A stretch of DNA of 64,000 bases, from the NCBI GenBank assembly GCA_030141605.1, contig JAQGDQ010000111.1, positions 496,001 to 560,000 of the forward strand, given 5' to 3'. Origin of the DNA: Tubiluchus corallicola. Taxonomy: Eukaryota; Animalia; Priapulida. A program made the position numbers and the translations under genes. The stretch's first letter is position 1. Each line of letters starts with the position of its first letter. Below, piece by piece: positions 12,440-25,186 of this stretch. The notes under the pieces are model-generated. The model did not search any database and was not told the DNA's origin. It saw only the letters and a program-made list of their open reading frames with translations.

Positions 12440-13150
12440 TACTTATCGTGAGTCTCTGTGCACACGTTGGCAAGCTAACTTGGCCTCACCACTGTCGTTA
12501 TCGACGGCGGCATGTACTGGAACAGTCTGACGGCAGGCTTCCCAAGCGGCAACTTCAGGGTCTGACAGGTAGATGTCATCAGGCGTGGCATTAACTCCAT
12601 CAACTGAGGAATGCACAGTATCAATCCGGAGTCTCTGAAGGCACTGACAGGAAGAATGACCACAGGTTGGTTTTCTGAGTACTACCAATAGTCCATTTAA
12701 CGACTTGGTCTCCTCCACCATAAACAACAAAGGGGCTTCTCTAGGGGCTTTCTAAATGACGGGCAGCCCAGGATCACAAAGACTGAGTAGAACCATTGTA
12801 GAAGTACTTTGTTACTGCTGAGGAAATGCCATTAATAAAGGCAATATTATCCTTTAAACCAAGAATTGATAAAGCTCAAGTAGAGCAACCATATTGCGAA
12901 GCCACACTTTTTCACACCCTGCTCTGTGGCCTCGTTTTTCCAGGTAAACCTGTTTGCTCTAGGCTGAATGGCTGCATAACATGTAAAGGTTGGTTCATCA
13001 CCTAAATCTGACCAATCAAACAGGTCATACAGAGTAGCAGCTGTGAATGTCTTATTTATCTCCACTCGGGATTGGTGGTCAAACTTGCCAAATAAGGAAG
13101 CACACCTGTCAAGTTCATGTGCCTGGTTTCTTCCTTTGATAACCAAAGTT
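12440..13150 (-). pseudogene. GC-richer, frameshifted coding-like fragment (probably a decayed transposon ORF)
   Basis: Two adjacent minus-strand ORFs of 95 and 99 aa in a block clearly GC-richer than its flanks; family not recognised. Confidence 0.35.
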
Positions 13151-14826
13151 GACAGTAGGAGGCACTACTATGTTAGCCTTAGAGATAATAATTACATAGA
13201 TAAACAAATAAGTATTTCACTTTGTAATATAAAATTAAACTCATTGGCTCTACTCTGCTAAACTTAGCAAACTTAATTGTAGAAATTTAATTAGTATGAT
13301 AAAATGAGAGCACTATTGTATAGGGTTGTCACAAGGATTTAAGATAGATTTTTTTGTGCCTGGCTTCGTGTAATCAGTAATTTCTTAAGCTGAGATGCTG
13401 ATTTAGCTTGATTAGGTTGTTTGTGAAACTGCAAGTGTTTTTTGAAATGGAAACAATTAAAAAATGCCTAGCTTGGTTTGGATATATGCATAAAACTAGA
13501 ATATATATAAACTTTTAGAATGAATAACGTTCCAGCTTGAATTCAAATCCACATTTTAACAAATAAATATTTAGGGTGTTGGGTAGACCTGCAACTCCAC
13601 TGGATCTGCTAATAGTGACTCTGCAGCTCTATGAATTTGCAAGAAAATCTTGTGGAAACGTGAGCATGCACATTAAACAAAATTGTTTATAAGCCATGTC
13701 TAATTGTTTATGATTATAATAATCATAATCTCTATCTGGCATGAGATTCAGAAATACATGAAACTGCAAAGTTGAAAGTTTGCAGCAGAATGGAAATACT
13801 TTTACAGTCTTTACTAAACAGACAGGTGGAATGAAGAACACGGAGACGATATAAGTGATAGAGGCTTTCAAAACGATAGATGATTAATTAAAATCAACTA
13901 TGGTTTAACAACTGATTAGAATTGCGTTGGCATTAAAAATACTTTATTATTTTTTAGACTTTTCTTCACGTTTGTCTGCCGTAATGTAAATCAATGAACA
14001 CAAAATTCCTAGAAGCTTGCAACTCAAAAAATGGACAACTTGCAATACTAGATGCAAGGACAGATTTTAGCAGGCTAATTGGCCTACAAGGTCAGGGGTC
14101 AATTGCTACTCAAAAACTGAACATACTGAATGGGACCTGTAACGTCCTGGCATTATGTTCCTAATACAACATTGTCTTCAATTCATTGTATTTTCATGAC
14201 AGTTCTGCTTGGTTCAAGACTTTTGTTTTACTACTTTTCTTGGAATATGCCTTTTCTAAAATGCGATCTCCAGACTGAAAGAGTTGGTCAGTCAAACTTT
14301 ACTAACACATGGGGTACAGAATTTAGTCTACGACATCGATTGGGTGTTTTATGTGTGCAACTAAATGTGAATCACTACTAGGAATGTCACAAATCTGAAA
14401 ATAACTAAATCTGAATCTACACCGAAATCTATTTTTATAATAATTTTCAAATTTCATTGTAAAATAATTTTCGAAACAGAATCGAATTCGAATCTCGTTT
14501 TTTTAGGTATTTCTGTAAACCATATTTGAATCTATGCAGTTTTCTTGTCAAATTATGACAGATTAATAAAACTGCTGTGATTCTCTCAAAGATAGATTAC
14601 AGGTGACCTGTCTGAACAGCACAGTCAGTAGTTCGCCCATAACAAATACTGTGGTCAAATTATTTTATAACAGATTTTTTCTGCCGAGTTCTGTCATTTA
14701 ATGTAAAATGATTTGTTGTTCAAAAAACTACTTGGAAGCTATTACCTACACTCGGTATAAAAAAAATTTAAATTACGTAAATCTGGTAACAGTAAACTGT
14801 TTTCTCTTTCTGAAGCTATTCTGATT

Positions 14827-15373
14827 TTAAAACACAAGAAAAACTTTCACTTACGTAAAGCAACACATTTGCCTTGAATTTTTGTATCACCGACAAACTA
14901 CTTTATTGCACGCAGAGCGTATGTTAGTGGCAACTCTGCATAAAACTTTTGAAATAAATGTAGATAACATTGTGCAAAGTTTGAAAACATAATCAGAACA
15001 CCCATAGCATACACTTCACTAGCTAAACAAAAGCATAAATTGATATGCCTTATCAATAAGATTAATAATTTTTTTTGTGAGTCAGTGGTGCAAACTGGGA
15101 AGGTGCGTTAGTGACATTTTACCTGTTGGTACCAACATTTTAAATTACTAAGAATTTTCTTTTCTAATTGCACAAGTTTTTCAAACACATGAGCATAATG
15201 CCAAGTAATATAACTCAATATGGAAATTATTCCTCTTTAGTATTTCTTGGAAATTACATTTAGACAAAAGTGCTGGAATCATGAAACTGCCTCAAAAATT
15301 CAAGGGGAAAGAAAACACAATGTGATCAACTTGTTTACTATTTCTGTGAAGGCTTTTTCGCTGCAGGCTTTAA
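14827..15373 (+). mobile_element. TTAA-flanked (Kolobok-like) non-autonomous element, copy 2
   Basis: TTAAAACACAAGAAAAACTTTCAC ... GTGAAGGCTTTTTCGCTGCAGGCTTTAA (imperfect TIR, TTAA at both ends); homologous to 2224-2700. Confidence 0.6.
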
Positions 15374-16029
15374 TGTACCTTTTTTCTTACCTATCGAGTC
15401 AATATATGTGCACCGTGCTGCCATCGTCCGGCGGTGACAGGAAACGAGCACAAGCTGCTCACTGTTCTACTTCTATTCTATGCTTCGCTATGTACTTGGT
15501 TCACCGGCGTGCTGTATTTTTACGCAAGCAGCAGACACGTTAATGAAGGGGATAACGTCTGTGTTCGACCCGTGTTGTCTGTCATTCATTGCACAGCGCT
15601 TATTAATTTCGTGCAGTCTTTTTTCTACTGTGTGACAACAAAGATTGTTGGGATTTTTTGATGTGTTGACGTTCTAGTTTCTCTGCGCACATCGTCCTCG
15701 GCACGGAAATAGCCCACCAGGGTTTGTTTCTTCAGGCTACAGCACACTCGGCATTGAATCTTCCTAGAGTATTGGAGAATATGGAGTGTTTTTGTTACCC
15801 GCTGACATACTTCACTAGAACTGTTACTGTAACAACTTAAGGAACTAATAATCTTCCTGCCACAAAATTTTTCCCTCGAGATTAAAACTGAATCTGTCCT
15901 ATGCAGGTTTGAAACTTGCAAGAAGTTACAACATGAACAAGTCGTTTTCCTATGCTAAGTATTTTTCCATTGTAAAAGTTTTGTTCCTTTTAACTCGTGC
16001 TGTTTTTTCTGTTATCATTTTACAAAATT

Positions 16030-16890
16030 TAGACGCTAATGTACCGAATTCGTGTTCTTAATTTTGGATTGAGGCGCACCAACTCTGAACAATAGGAACG
16101 GGTTTTATTTTTGTGTGGCTCCTTTCTTCGCCGTATCGCTCATTTATAAATTTATTGTCGACATCAGCATCGACACTCTCTGATCTCGTTCCTGAAAAGC
16201 CACATTGCACCTTTAATTTGTTCTCGTCTATTGATGATACGTGATTGATCGTGGCAGCTAATGCTGATGGGACGACTCTTCCTCTTGCGCATTGCATCCT
16301 CATCATTTGCAGCAGGGAAGCTGCGCGCGAGACACAGCTAGAGAGGAAAATCAATTGTCGGCGACCCGGGACGTGTCAGTGAACCGGATTTACCCGTCGT
16401 CGTCGTCGTTCGTATGCTGTACGTCTAAAATCAGCCAACCGTGACGGATAAATACAGTAGCTATAACATACAGCTGATATATACAGTTGTAAGAGTACCT
16501 TCGAAAACTACTCACAAAGAACGTACTTTCAATTGGCAGAACATTCGTGATAACGCTGTGTAGCATTGACAGACTCAGTGTTGTTTTACGGAGACTACAA
16601 TCGTGACGTCATTTGTGGCCTATATTGTTTTGGCTTCCAGAGCTGGGGTTAACATTTGAACATTACGCGCAGAATTTATATATACATTCTAGAGTGTATC
16701 TAGCTAGGCTTCACTCATTCAGCCGAGTGATTGTTCTCTAGTCTTCAGTTGAGTTGTGTTATACTCGGCTTTTGTTTAATATCAGTGTCTGAAGCCCGCT
16801 AGTGTATGTCGGTGTTTTCTGGCTCTGTTTAACGTTGACGATTTATTTGGGAGAATCTTCGGGTTTAAACATCCGTTTCAAACAGCCATC
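16030..16890 (+). promoter_or_regulatory. CpG-rich intronic region, candidate alternative ST7 promoter / 5'UTR
   Basis: Dense CpG (GCGCGCG, GTCGTCGTCGTCG, GTGACGTCA CRE palindrome near 16604) immediately upstream of the candidate exon 1b ATG. Confidence 0.55.
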
Positions 16891-16903
16891 ATGATTTGGG
16901 ACA
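16891..16903 (+). CDS. ST7: ST7 alternative first coding exon 1b (MIWD-)
   Basis: GCCATC ATG ATT TGG GAC A|GTAAGT: consensus donor, phase 1 like exon 1a. Splices to [17 protein letters not shown], resembling the recalled Drosophila ST7 start MWDSSMFLSTLTPKFY. Confidence 0.75.
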
Positions 16904-18714
16904 GTAAGTATTATATTTTTGCTTTGCTCGTTAACAGTGGCCTGCCATTGAAATTTCTGACTCGATAATCGATTTTGAGCCACATTTCTCAGGTGATCAT
17001 ATAGCCCACGTTTTCTTCAGAAACTGTTATTGCCTGGAGTTGTGCAAGTACAGTTGACTGACCTGTACTTGGGCATAATTTTCATTATACTTACTGAAGG
17101 CAACTTAAGTAAACATAAGTATAATGAGACTTTTTTATGAATTCTTACAAGGCGCCTGTATTACTACATTAAACAAGAGTAACGTGTGCCATAATGACAG
17201 TTTTTTATCCAATTTTTCTTTTGAAGACTCATGGTTTGTACAGCCGTTTTTTGTCGGAAAATGAGTTCAAGTTTTTTTCAAAGTCATCTGTTCCTAATGC
17301 ACAAGGTTTTTGTTTGTTCCCAGTACATTTCGAGTTGCACGAATTTAAATATATGAGGCCTTGTGTTCTCGGTATGTGATACAGGTGCACATGGTTTAAA
17401 CACCTGTGACGTTTTCTGTGAATGTGTAGCACTCATTTTGATAGTGATTGAGTCATTTTTTCATCTTATTTTTATTTTGTTATAAGTTAATAATAAAATT
17501 AATTCAAAATAGACTGTATTCAGAAAAAATATGGACATTAATGGCTCAACAGTGAAGATTCATTGTGACTAAAAAGGGACTAATGCTTTTAAAAAATATC
17601 TTTGTTTTGTATTTTCCTAGTTCTTCATCACATAAGTGCATATAATATGCTTTAATTCATGGTACTGCTGGTCAAAACTAATTCTGTTGTTCCATCACAC
17701 GTTTTCACTTTTTGTGCAAACGTTTTTAGTCCGCGCCAGAGTTTATTAATTTTTGTAAGAAGAAAAAACTGTAGCCAAACATAACGAGGGACGATCCATA
17801 TTTGCAAATTTTATTGCACTTGTGTGTGTTTAAACATTAGACTACTGACTGTACGTTGAGAAAATATTCATAAGTAAAGTTCATTAACATAGTTTGTACT
17901 AATTTATCATCACTGAAAGTTTCAACGTGATTGATACCAGATCAAGCAGTTTAGCAGCTGTTACAGTGCGGAACTGAAACTCTAACAAGGTCACTGTCGT
18001 CTGATTAAACTGCTTGCTCTGGGCGGAAATTACTTCTGTTTATTTAGGACTAAAGAACGCATGCATAACTTTCATCAGCCAAAATGGATTAGTTAAATCC
18101 TGTTACAACCAAGTTCATATCAACTTCTCGGGTCAAAGTACTGTGGTCGTGTTAGTCAAGCTGTTGTTGTTGTTTTAGCTGCTGCTGATGACGATGATGG
18201 TGATGATGTAATTGTGCTTAGAACTCATAACGTGACCCATCATCCATGTCCTATAAACAACAAATGTGGACACAGCCTTTTAAGTTTTTTAAACACGTTT
18301 CATAGGCAAATGACAAAGTGGACTTTCAAATTATTTTTACCTTGGTCACTTGGTTTATACACAGTCCCAGTGACCCACTTATGGCTGTATTTTGACATTG
18401 CAGGTCTTGGACAGCACACATACAAACACACACGTATTTTCCAGGCTTGAACCGGGACTTGTACGCTATCAAATCCCCTAAACAGTGTTTCTCAGATGAA
18501 TTGGCCTAACTTGCATATTGTTACTTTTGCATGTAATATATATGTTTCTTTGTTTTGATCTTAAGTACTAATTTTTTATGTATATAATTTTTGTGTCAGT
18601 GTCTACTAATCCTGTAATTGTAATCTTATTTTTTCCCTAGATAATATGCACAAGCGGTGGCATAATGACTAGAGCATGAATCTGGGACCTGCCATCATTT
18701 TGAAACACACGTAT

Positions 18715-19303
18715 AAACGTAGAACGTAAAAAACAAAACAAGAAAAATGCAAAAGAAAAAACAAAACGTAAAACACAAAACAAGAAAAAATGCAAAAGAA
18801 AAAACAAAACATAAACGTAAAACACAAAACAAGAAAAAATGCAAAAGAAGAAACAAAACGTAAACATAAAACACAAAACAAGAGAAAAATGCAAAAGAAG
18901 AAACAAAACATAAACGTAAAACACAAAACAAGAAAAATTGCAAAAGAAGAAACAAAACGTAAACATAAAACACAAAACAAGAGAAAAATGCAAAAGAAGA
19001 AACAAAACATAAACGTAAAACACAAAACAAGAAAAAATGCAAAAGAAAAAACAAAACGTAAACGTAAAACACAAAACAAGAAAAAATGCAAAAGAAGAAA
19101 CAAAATGTAAACGTAAAACACAAAACAAAAAAAATGCAAAAGAAGAAACAAAACGTAAACGTAAAACACAAAACAAGAAAAAATGCAAAACAAAAAACAA
19201 AACGTAAACGTAAAACACAAAACAAGAAAAAATGCAAAACAAAAAACAAAACATAAACATAAAATGCAAAACTAGAAAAAATGCAAAAGAAGAAACAAAA
19301 CGT
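18715..19303. repeat. A-rich minisatellite, unit about 49 bp, about 12 copies
   Basis: Unit AAAACAAGAAAAAATGCAAAAGAAGAAACAAAACGTAAACGTAAAACAC; explains the F/C-rich and K-rich ORFs here. Confidence 0.93.
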
Positions 19304-20272
19304 ACTCCCCAGAGGTGTGAAGGAGGGATATTAGCTAGTTTCTCTCATGCATCTAAGTGTTAATAAATGCATTTTCCTGTGGATTTTGTTTAGTTTTTTC
19401 TTGAAATTCGTGCCACAAACTTTACGTTTAAAGTAATTCCTTGAATATTCGGATTTAAAAGCAGAAAATGCAAATCCAACTGCATGGGATATTTGATAGA
19501 TTTTGTAATTGCGTAGGGCTACAAGTTATATTTGATATAAATTTTCTGTGCAAGTCATACGTTGGCTTCTCTTCCTTGAAGTCATGTTGTTGTTGTTTTT
19601 AATTGGTAATATATTTTAATAGGTTATGCTATTTTGATTGAAATGTATAAGTGATAAGGAAAAAAATATTAGAAATTCTCGTTTTCATTAAATTTTTAAG
19701 TCTGTAGCATTCATAATGTAAACATTGGTAATGTTTGCAACAGATGCTGTATAGGTTTTATATTTTTTAACTATAAATTATTGAATGGATAAATAAATTA
19801 ATCGATAAAATAATTGATATAAATCATGTGCAGTAGCATAGTATATTTGATTGGTTTTCTGCGTAAATTTAAATGCTTTCAATATTCAGTTCTTATTTTT
19901 TAACCACCTTGGCACGTACTAAGTTGTTTAAACATGAGAAATTCTGGTACAAATAAAATGTTCGAATTTGCACATTGCAGCTCCTAAACAAAGTTCTTTC
20001 GTAACAGAATAAAACAGTTGCTCTTAGCAAAGTAGATCGATAGCTTGCTCTTCTTTCATACAGACTGACATTTTAAGTGCAAGATGAAGGTTATTCAAAT
20101 GACTTAACCATGTCTGCATAAACTCTGCAAGCTCAGTATAGGCAGACAGAACTAAGCCAATGAAAGTGGAGAAAATAAAGATAGAAAACGATGTGGGAGA
20201 ATAGTTAATATGGTCTTCTAAGCATTTCTTAGTCTGTGTTTAGCACAGGTTGGCTTCTATACACGTTGTTTT

Positions 20273-20510
20273 CAGGGGCGTAGCCAGGTTCTAAAGTCAG
20301 GGGAAACAAACACACAAAAAAGGCGCCGTGACCACACCAAACGATGTTTAACGCGTTGAGTATGCATTTTGATTTTGTATTTAAAATTAAAACGAAATAA
20401 AAAAATTGCAGTGAGCCCTTAAATCTCAAAACATAATTTAATTATTTAATTATTATTTTAATTATTTTAATTTTAAACGTAAAATGAAAATAAAATGAAG
20501 CACTGTGAAA
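20273..20510 (-). mobile_element. Partial reverse copy of the 1214-1519 hAT-like MITE
   Basis: Begins CAGGGGCGTAGCCAGGTT; internal TATTTAAAATTAAAACGAAA...CTTAAATCTC.AAACATAA...TTTTAAACGTAAA is the reverse complement of 1295-1388. Confidence 0.65.
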
Positions 20511-21451
20511 AATGTATCATGAAACAACTACAACAGCCTCTCGCGTCTAGACTTCACTCCAGCAAGGTAATCTATAACTTCGTTATAATCAACCTCTGTA
20601 GCCAACTCTCTTGCAATGGAGAGAAATGCCTACTCAGACAATCTAACCTCGCCTATTGTAAAACGAAGGTAGAACTTCATCTGTTTGGAGGAGATTAAAG
20701 GATCGTTCAGTAACCATACAAGTGAACTAAAAAATTTGTGAAAAGGAGCCAATTTTGAGAAAAGTGTGCTAAGGGAAGCGGTTGCTTTATTTGGTTGTTT
20801 TATAATACATACAGTGCATTTTTTCGTAAATGGCAGTTACATTAATAATCCTGGCCAAATAGTTTAATTTCACAATAATTTAAACAATTTAAAAATCATG
20901 GAAATTAGTAAACTTTTGATATTAATAACAACATGTTGGCAATAGCAGCAGCAACACTAACAGCAAAAAACTGCAATAACAGTGGAGGCTGAAACTACCA
21001 TAATGTGTTTTTCCACTTTACCACTAATCATCCATGTCTTGGGTGAGACATCAGTTTTAGAAATCACTGACGACAGATGTTTTAGAACTGAAAATTCAGC
21101 GTGTTGTGCTCCTGCTTTTTAAGAAAAACCGTTTCTGTTGGAATCATCGGAATAAAAAGCAAATAGCAAATGTTTGCACCTGTCGCTAGATAGGTGAACG
21201 AATTGTATCTGCATATGCATAAATTCACTATTCTTTATTTGATTTTTTTTAGAATTAGAATTTATTAGATCTACCATGAACATACAGGTTTGCCGTGTAA
21301 TTTACACAGAAAGCATTAACACAAATTTTGACACAGAAAACGTTAACATATAATTTTTTACTAAGGCTACTGGTATTGCTCCGGAATCTTGTGTTGGTGC
21401 TGCCCAGATTAATGACAAATTTGAGAAAGAGAAACGGAAATGCATAAAATG

Positions 21452-21680
<229 letters not shown>

Positions 21681-22276
21681 TGTCACCTTGTTTCTAGAAT
21701 GTGGACAGTGCGAAAAGGAAAAAATTCAGCATGTTAATCGGGAACCATATCTCGCTAGTATACCTTTTTAGGAATATAATGCATCGTGATGCAAGGCAGA
21801 GTAGCATTTCCCAACAATAATAATTATTGACGATCTTAGAAACGGAAAACCTGCGCCCCAAATATCCCGTGCCTGAAGCAACGGCTTCTATTTGTATTAC
21901 CATCCTGCTGTCTTTGTTCAGCTTGCTAGCCTGTAATAATGGAAAAACATGACCTACTAATGTAGCAATACAATGGTGAAAACATTAATAATGGCTACCT
22001 AGCACGATAATAATTATAGTTTAACGTTATGGGCAAATATTATACCTGCATGAAACCCATAACGGCATAACCTTATGATTGGTTGCTATAGCAACACCTC
22101 TTCTACTGCAGCCTGTGGTTCTGCCGCAGTTTGGCCAGGCAGCAGCGTGCCATTTACGTATTAATACTTATTAAACTGACTACTCGTGCCCTATTAGCGT
22201 TTTATCTAATAAATGTACGGAGCAAATAGGGAAGGTTTCGTTGTACTATGCTACAGGAAATTATGGTTTTTACGGG

Positions 22277-22680
22277 AGAGAAGAGGAAAAGATGGGCGAC
22301 ACAGGAATGGAGGGGGAGAAAGAGGAATGCGAAAGAGATAAAGAGAGACATTGGGAGTGAGAGGGAGAGGGGGAAGAAACGAAAAGGAAGAAAAGAATAG
22401 GTTTTGGAATTAAAAAGCGAGAAGAGCAAAGAGAAGGAAGACAGAAGGAGGAGAGTGACTGAGAACTGAGAAATCAAGAGGGTGGAAGTAAAGAGATAGA
22501 GAGATGGGACGTAGAGTGAGAAAGGGAAATAACTTGACAGATAGAGAGAATGGCAGAGATGAGATGGAAGGGGAGCGGAGGGAGAGAGATTAAGAGATAG
22601 AAAGAAAGGGGCAGAGGGGGAAAGAGTGAGAGAGATGAATTCTTGGGTTTGTGAGAGAGAAGAGGAAATGGGGAGTCATG
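22277..22680. repeat. Degenerate GA-rich polypurine tract
   Basis: About 400 bp strongly dominated by A and G. Confidence 0.85.
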
Positions 22681-22831
22681 AAGATATGTAAATTTTAAGT
22701 AAAAAGCCAGAGAAAGCTGTGATGCTTTGTAATTTTGTTTTTGAATGTGCACCAGTAACATTGAGCTTTTGAGATAAAACAGCTTCTTTTTTCCACACAC
22801 TTAATTTAATTTACGTTTATTTCTTTTTCAG

Positions 22832-22914
22832 CGACAATGTTTCTAAACACGTTGACGCCCAAGTTCTATGTGGCTCTCACTGGGACCTCTTCACTCATCT
22901 CGGGCCTTATTTTG
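22832..22914 (+). CDS. ST7: ST7 exon 2
   Basis: [27 protein letters not shown]; tttcAG|...|GTAAGT. Confidence 0.95.
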
Positions 22915-23213
22915 GTAAGTGATGAAAGCTCAGGAAACCGATTTAGCTGGTTGTCTACTAGCTTATGGATGAGAAACAACTGGTGCACAAACTGAAAACG
23001 TAAACATCTTGTGGAAAGTTATCCCAGTTCTTGACATTTTAATGTAGTGACTGGATTAAGATTTATTAATTTGTTAAATCACTTAAGAGCATAAATGTTT
23101 AATATTTTTTACAAAGAAGACAAAATAATTCGGCCTCGTTTGCAAGCTGGCACACTAAGATTTTTGAGGATCAGATAAGAATGGACTGAAATTGTACATT
23201 GTATACTAATTTT

Positions 23214-23340
23214 GGGAAGAAGTTTGCAATTTCCCACACAGTCTAACTACTCTTAACCCAAACCCCATTGCTAACCCTAACGTTAACCCTAATTCACTTC
23301 ACGAACTAATTTCCTTGTGTGTGGGAATTGTAAACTTTAG
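23214..23340 (+). mobile_element. Small DNA transposon with degenerate (CCCTAA)n core, copy 1
   Basis: IRs AAGTTTGCAATTTCCCACACA / TGTGTGGGAATTGTAAACTT; flanked by direct repeat CTAATTTT (23206-23213 and 23341-23348). Confidence 0.7.
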
Positions 23341-25020
23341 CTAATTTTAGTGCTTAATGTCAACCTAATTATATTTAATTGTAGTCATTTAATTTTAAAT
23401 TAATGTTATTTTAATAAATTGCAATTAATCGTGATATGCTAACGATATTGCAAAATACTTGAAGCAAAAACCAAATCTCCCGGGAGGTTGCGCTTATTTT
23501 AATGTTTGGGGAAAACGTTAGAAAGTTTCGGCAGTTGTGACAAGCATCTCGTGTAATTAGTAAAATCAATTTAAAGTCGTGATTACTTTACGCTTGGGCG
23601 CGCTCATTTTAGACGAAAAATTGCGTCATCTGGTTTCCGTGCAATATAAACACTTATCCCGCCAGGTGGCTTCAGAATCTTTTTTTAACTTATAGAGCGA
23701 ACTCTATAAACTAAGTAACCAGTCTAGCACACCTATTACGTGCTGACAAGTTTACATGCGTGCCTAAAAGTCAACAAAAATCTGTAAATTAATCATTTAC
23801 ACAATTAATGTTAATTACTTGCACTTTTTAAGGTGTGATCCTGTAGATTAAAGCAATGTAACCACTTTAAATTTGATCATAATTGATCGAATGACTAATT
23901 TCTAGATAAGCACAGTTAAACACAACATTAGAAGTACGGAAGCAAACTATAGAAATTTCTCAACGCGTACCTTCACACAGCTTGCCTTCACGGCATTCAC
24001 GTTGCCCAGCAGTCACCAGCTTAAGTCATTTTTTTTAAATATGTCGGCATCAACGTTCGTTTGGCTGGAAATAAGAAATATTTAATTTCTTTTACATTTT
24101 TAAGCAAAGTTTTCTATGCTCATAGTTTGTGTTGTGATTTCAATATTTTTAATTGTACATTAAAATGCAATAAATGCTGTTCGAGTGTTGGTTTTTCCTT
24201 TAATTGTACAATGTACTATCTAATTTACTAATTCAATTTGTAAATGTGAAATTTCTTGTTTTTTTTTACCAAAAACACGGCTAGGGAAAAAACAACTTTC
24301 TAGGAGTTAAGATCCTTCCAGGACTGTGCCATTACCCATTGTTTAGTAAACGTTCCTGGTCACTGTTAACTCTTGAAACCCCAGGTCGATTTGTAAATTT
24401 TTTTTAGCAAGAATTCTAGCCGGGCTTGCATGGAGGAAGCAATAATTTGAATAAAAAATAAATGCAACTCACATAGGAGTCTCCTTGCTTGTCATCGTAT
24501 GATCAGATAGGCTATATAATTTTACTTTCATGTGTCGATAATGATTTTTCAAAATTATGCACTTTTACTCAAATAATTGCTTTCCATGACCTAAATACAT
24601 GTGCTGGTCTCTGAATAACCAAAATTTGAATTTGCTACTGCAGTTCCGCCAAATAAGGGCTGCTAGTATACAATCTCAGATGAATGCCTTTCATTGATGT
24701 TTCTCTTCAAAATTTTGCATTTTAAGCAACCCATTAATTCGACATTTTGCGATAAAAGGGAACTTTGGGAAAGGCCCGGACACCAGTGAAATTTCTCACC
24801 TTTGTCAATGTTATCAGGTTGATAAACACATACACAGTTCAAATCAATTCATGTTTATTTGCTTGATGCAGTTCAAAATGGGTTTGCAGAGCTCATTGGC
24901 TACTCTTTTTTTGCAAACAAGATTCTGTGTTTAGATCTATAGTTGTATCTTTTAAACATGCTTGGCATTATTGCTTGCCATTAATATACGTTTTTAACAA
25001 CTTGCTTGTACTTTGTCTAG

Positions 25021-25186
25021 ATCTTTGAATGGTGGTACTTCCGCAAGTATGGCACCTCTTTTATAGAACAAGTCTCATTGAACCACATTTCCCCTTGGAT
25101 TGGTGGCCTGGAAGGCACTACGCCAGAGGAGAACGGGCAGCCTGCTGGAAGCGGTCCGGACGGAACCAATCAACAGCCTATATCAG
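25021..25186 (+). CDS. ST7: ST7 exon 3
   Basis: [29 protein letters not shown]...QQPIS; AG/GT ends. Confidence 0.95.

Noticed and set aside
15434-15661. Hydrophobic ORF as a third ST7 first exon
   Set aside because: No ATG start in that frame, no convincing phase-1 donor and no similarity to ST7 N-termini.
18637-19269. Long Phe/Cys-rich membrane-like ORFs (183-210 aa)
   Set aside because: Artefacts of the A-rich minisatellite, which is open in all three minus frames.
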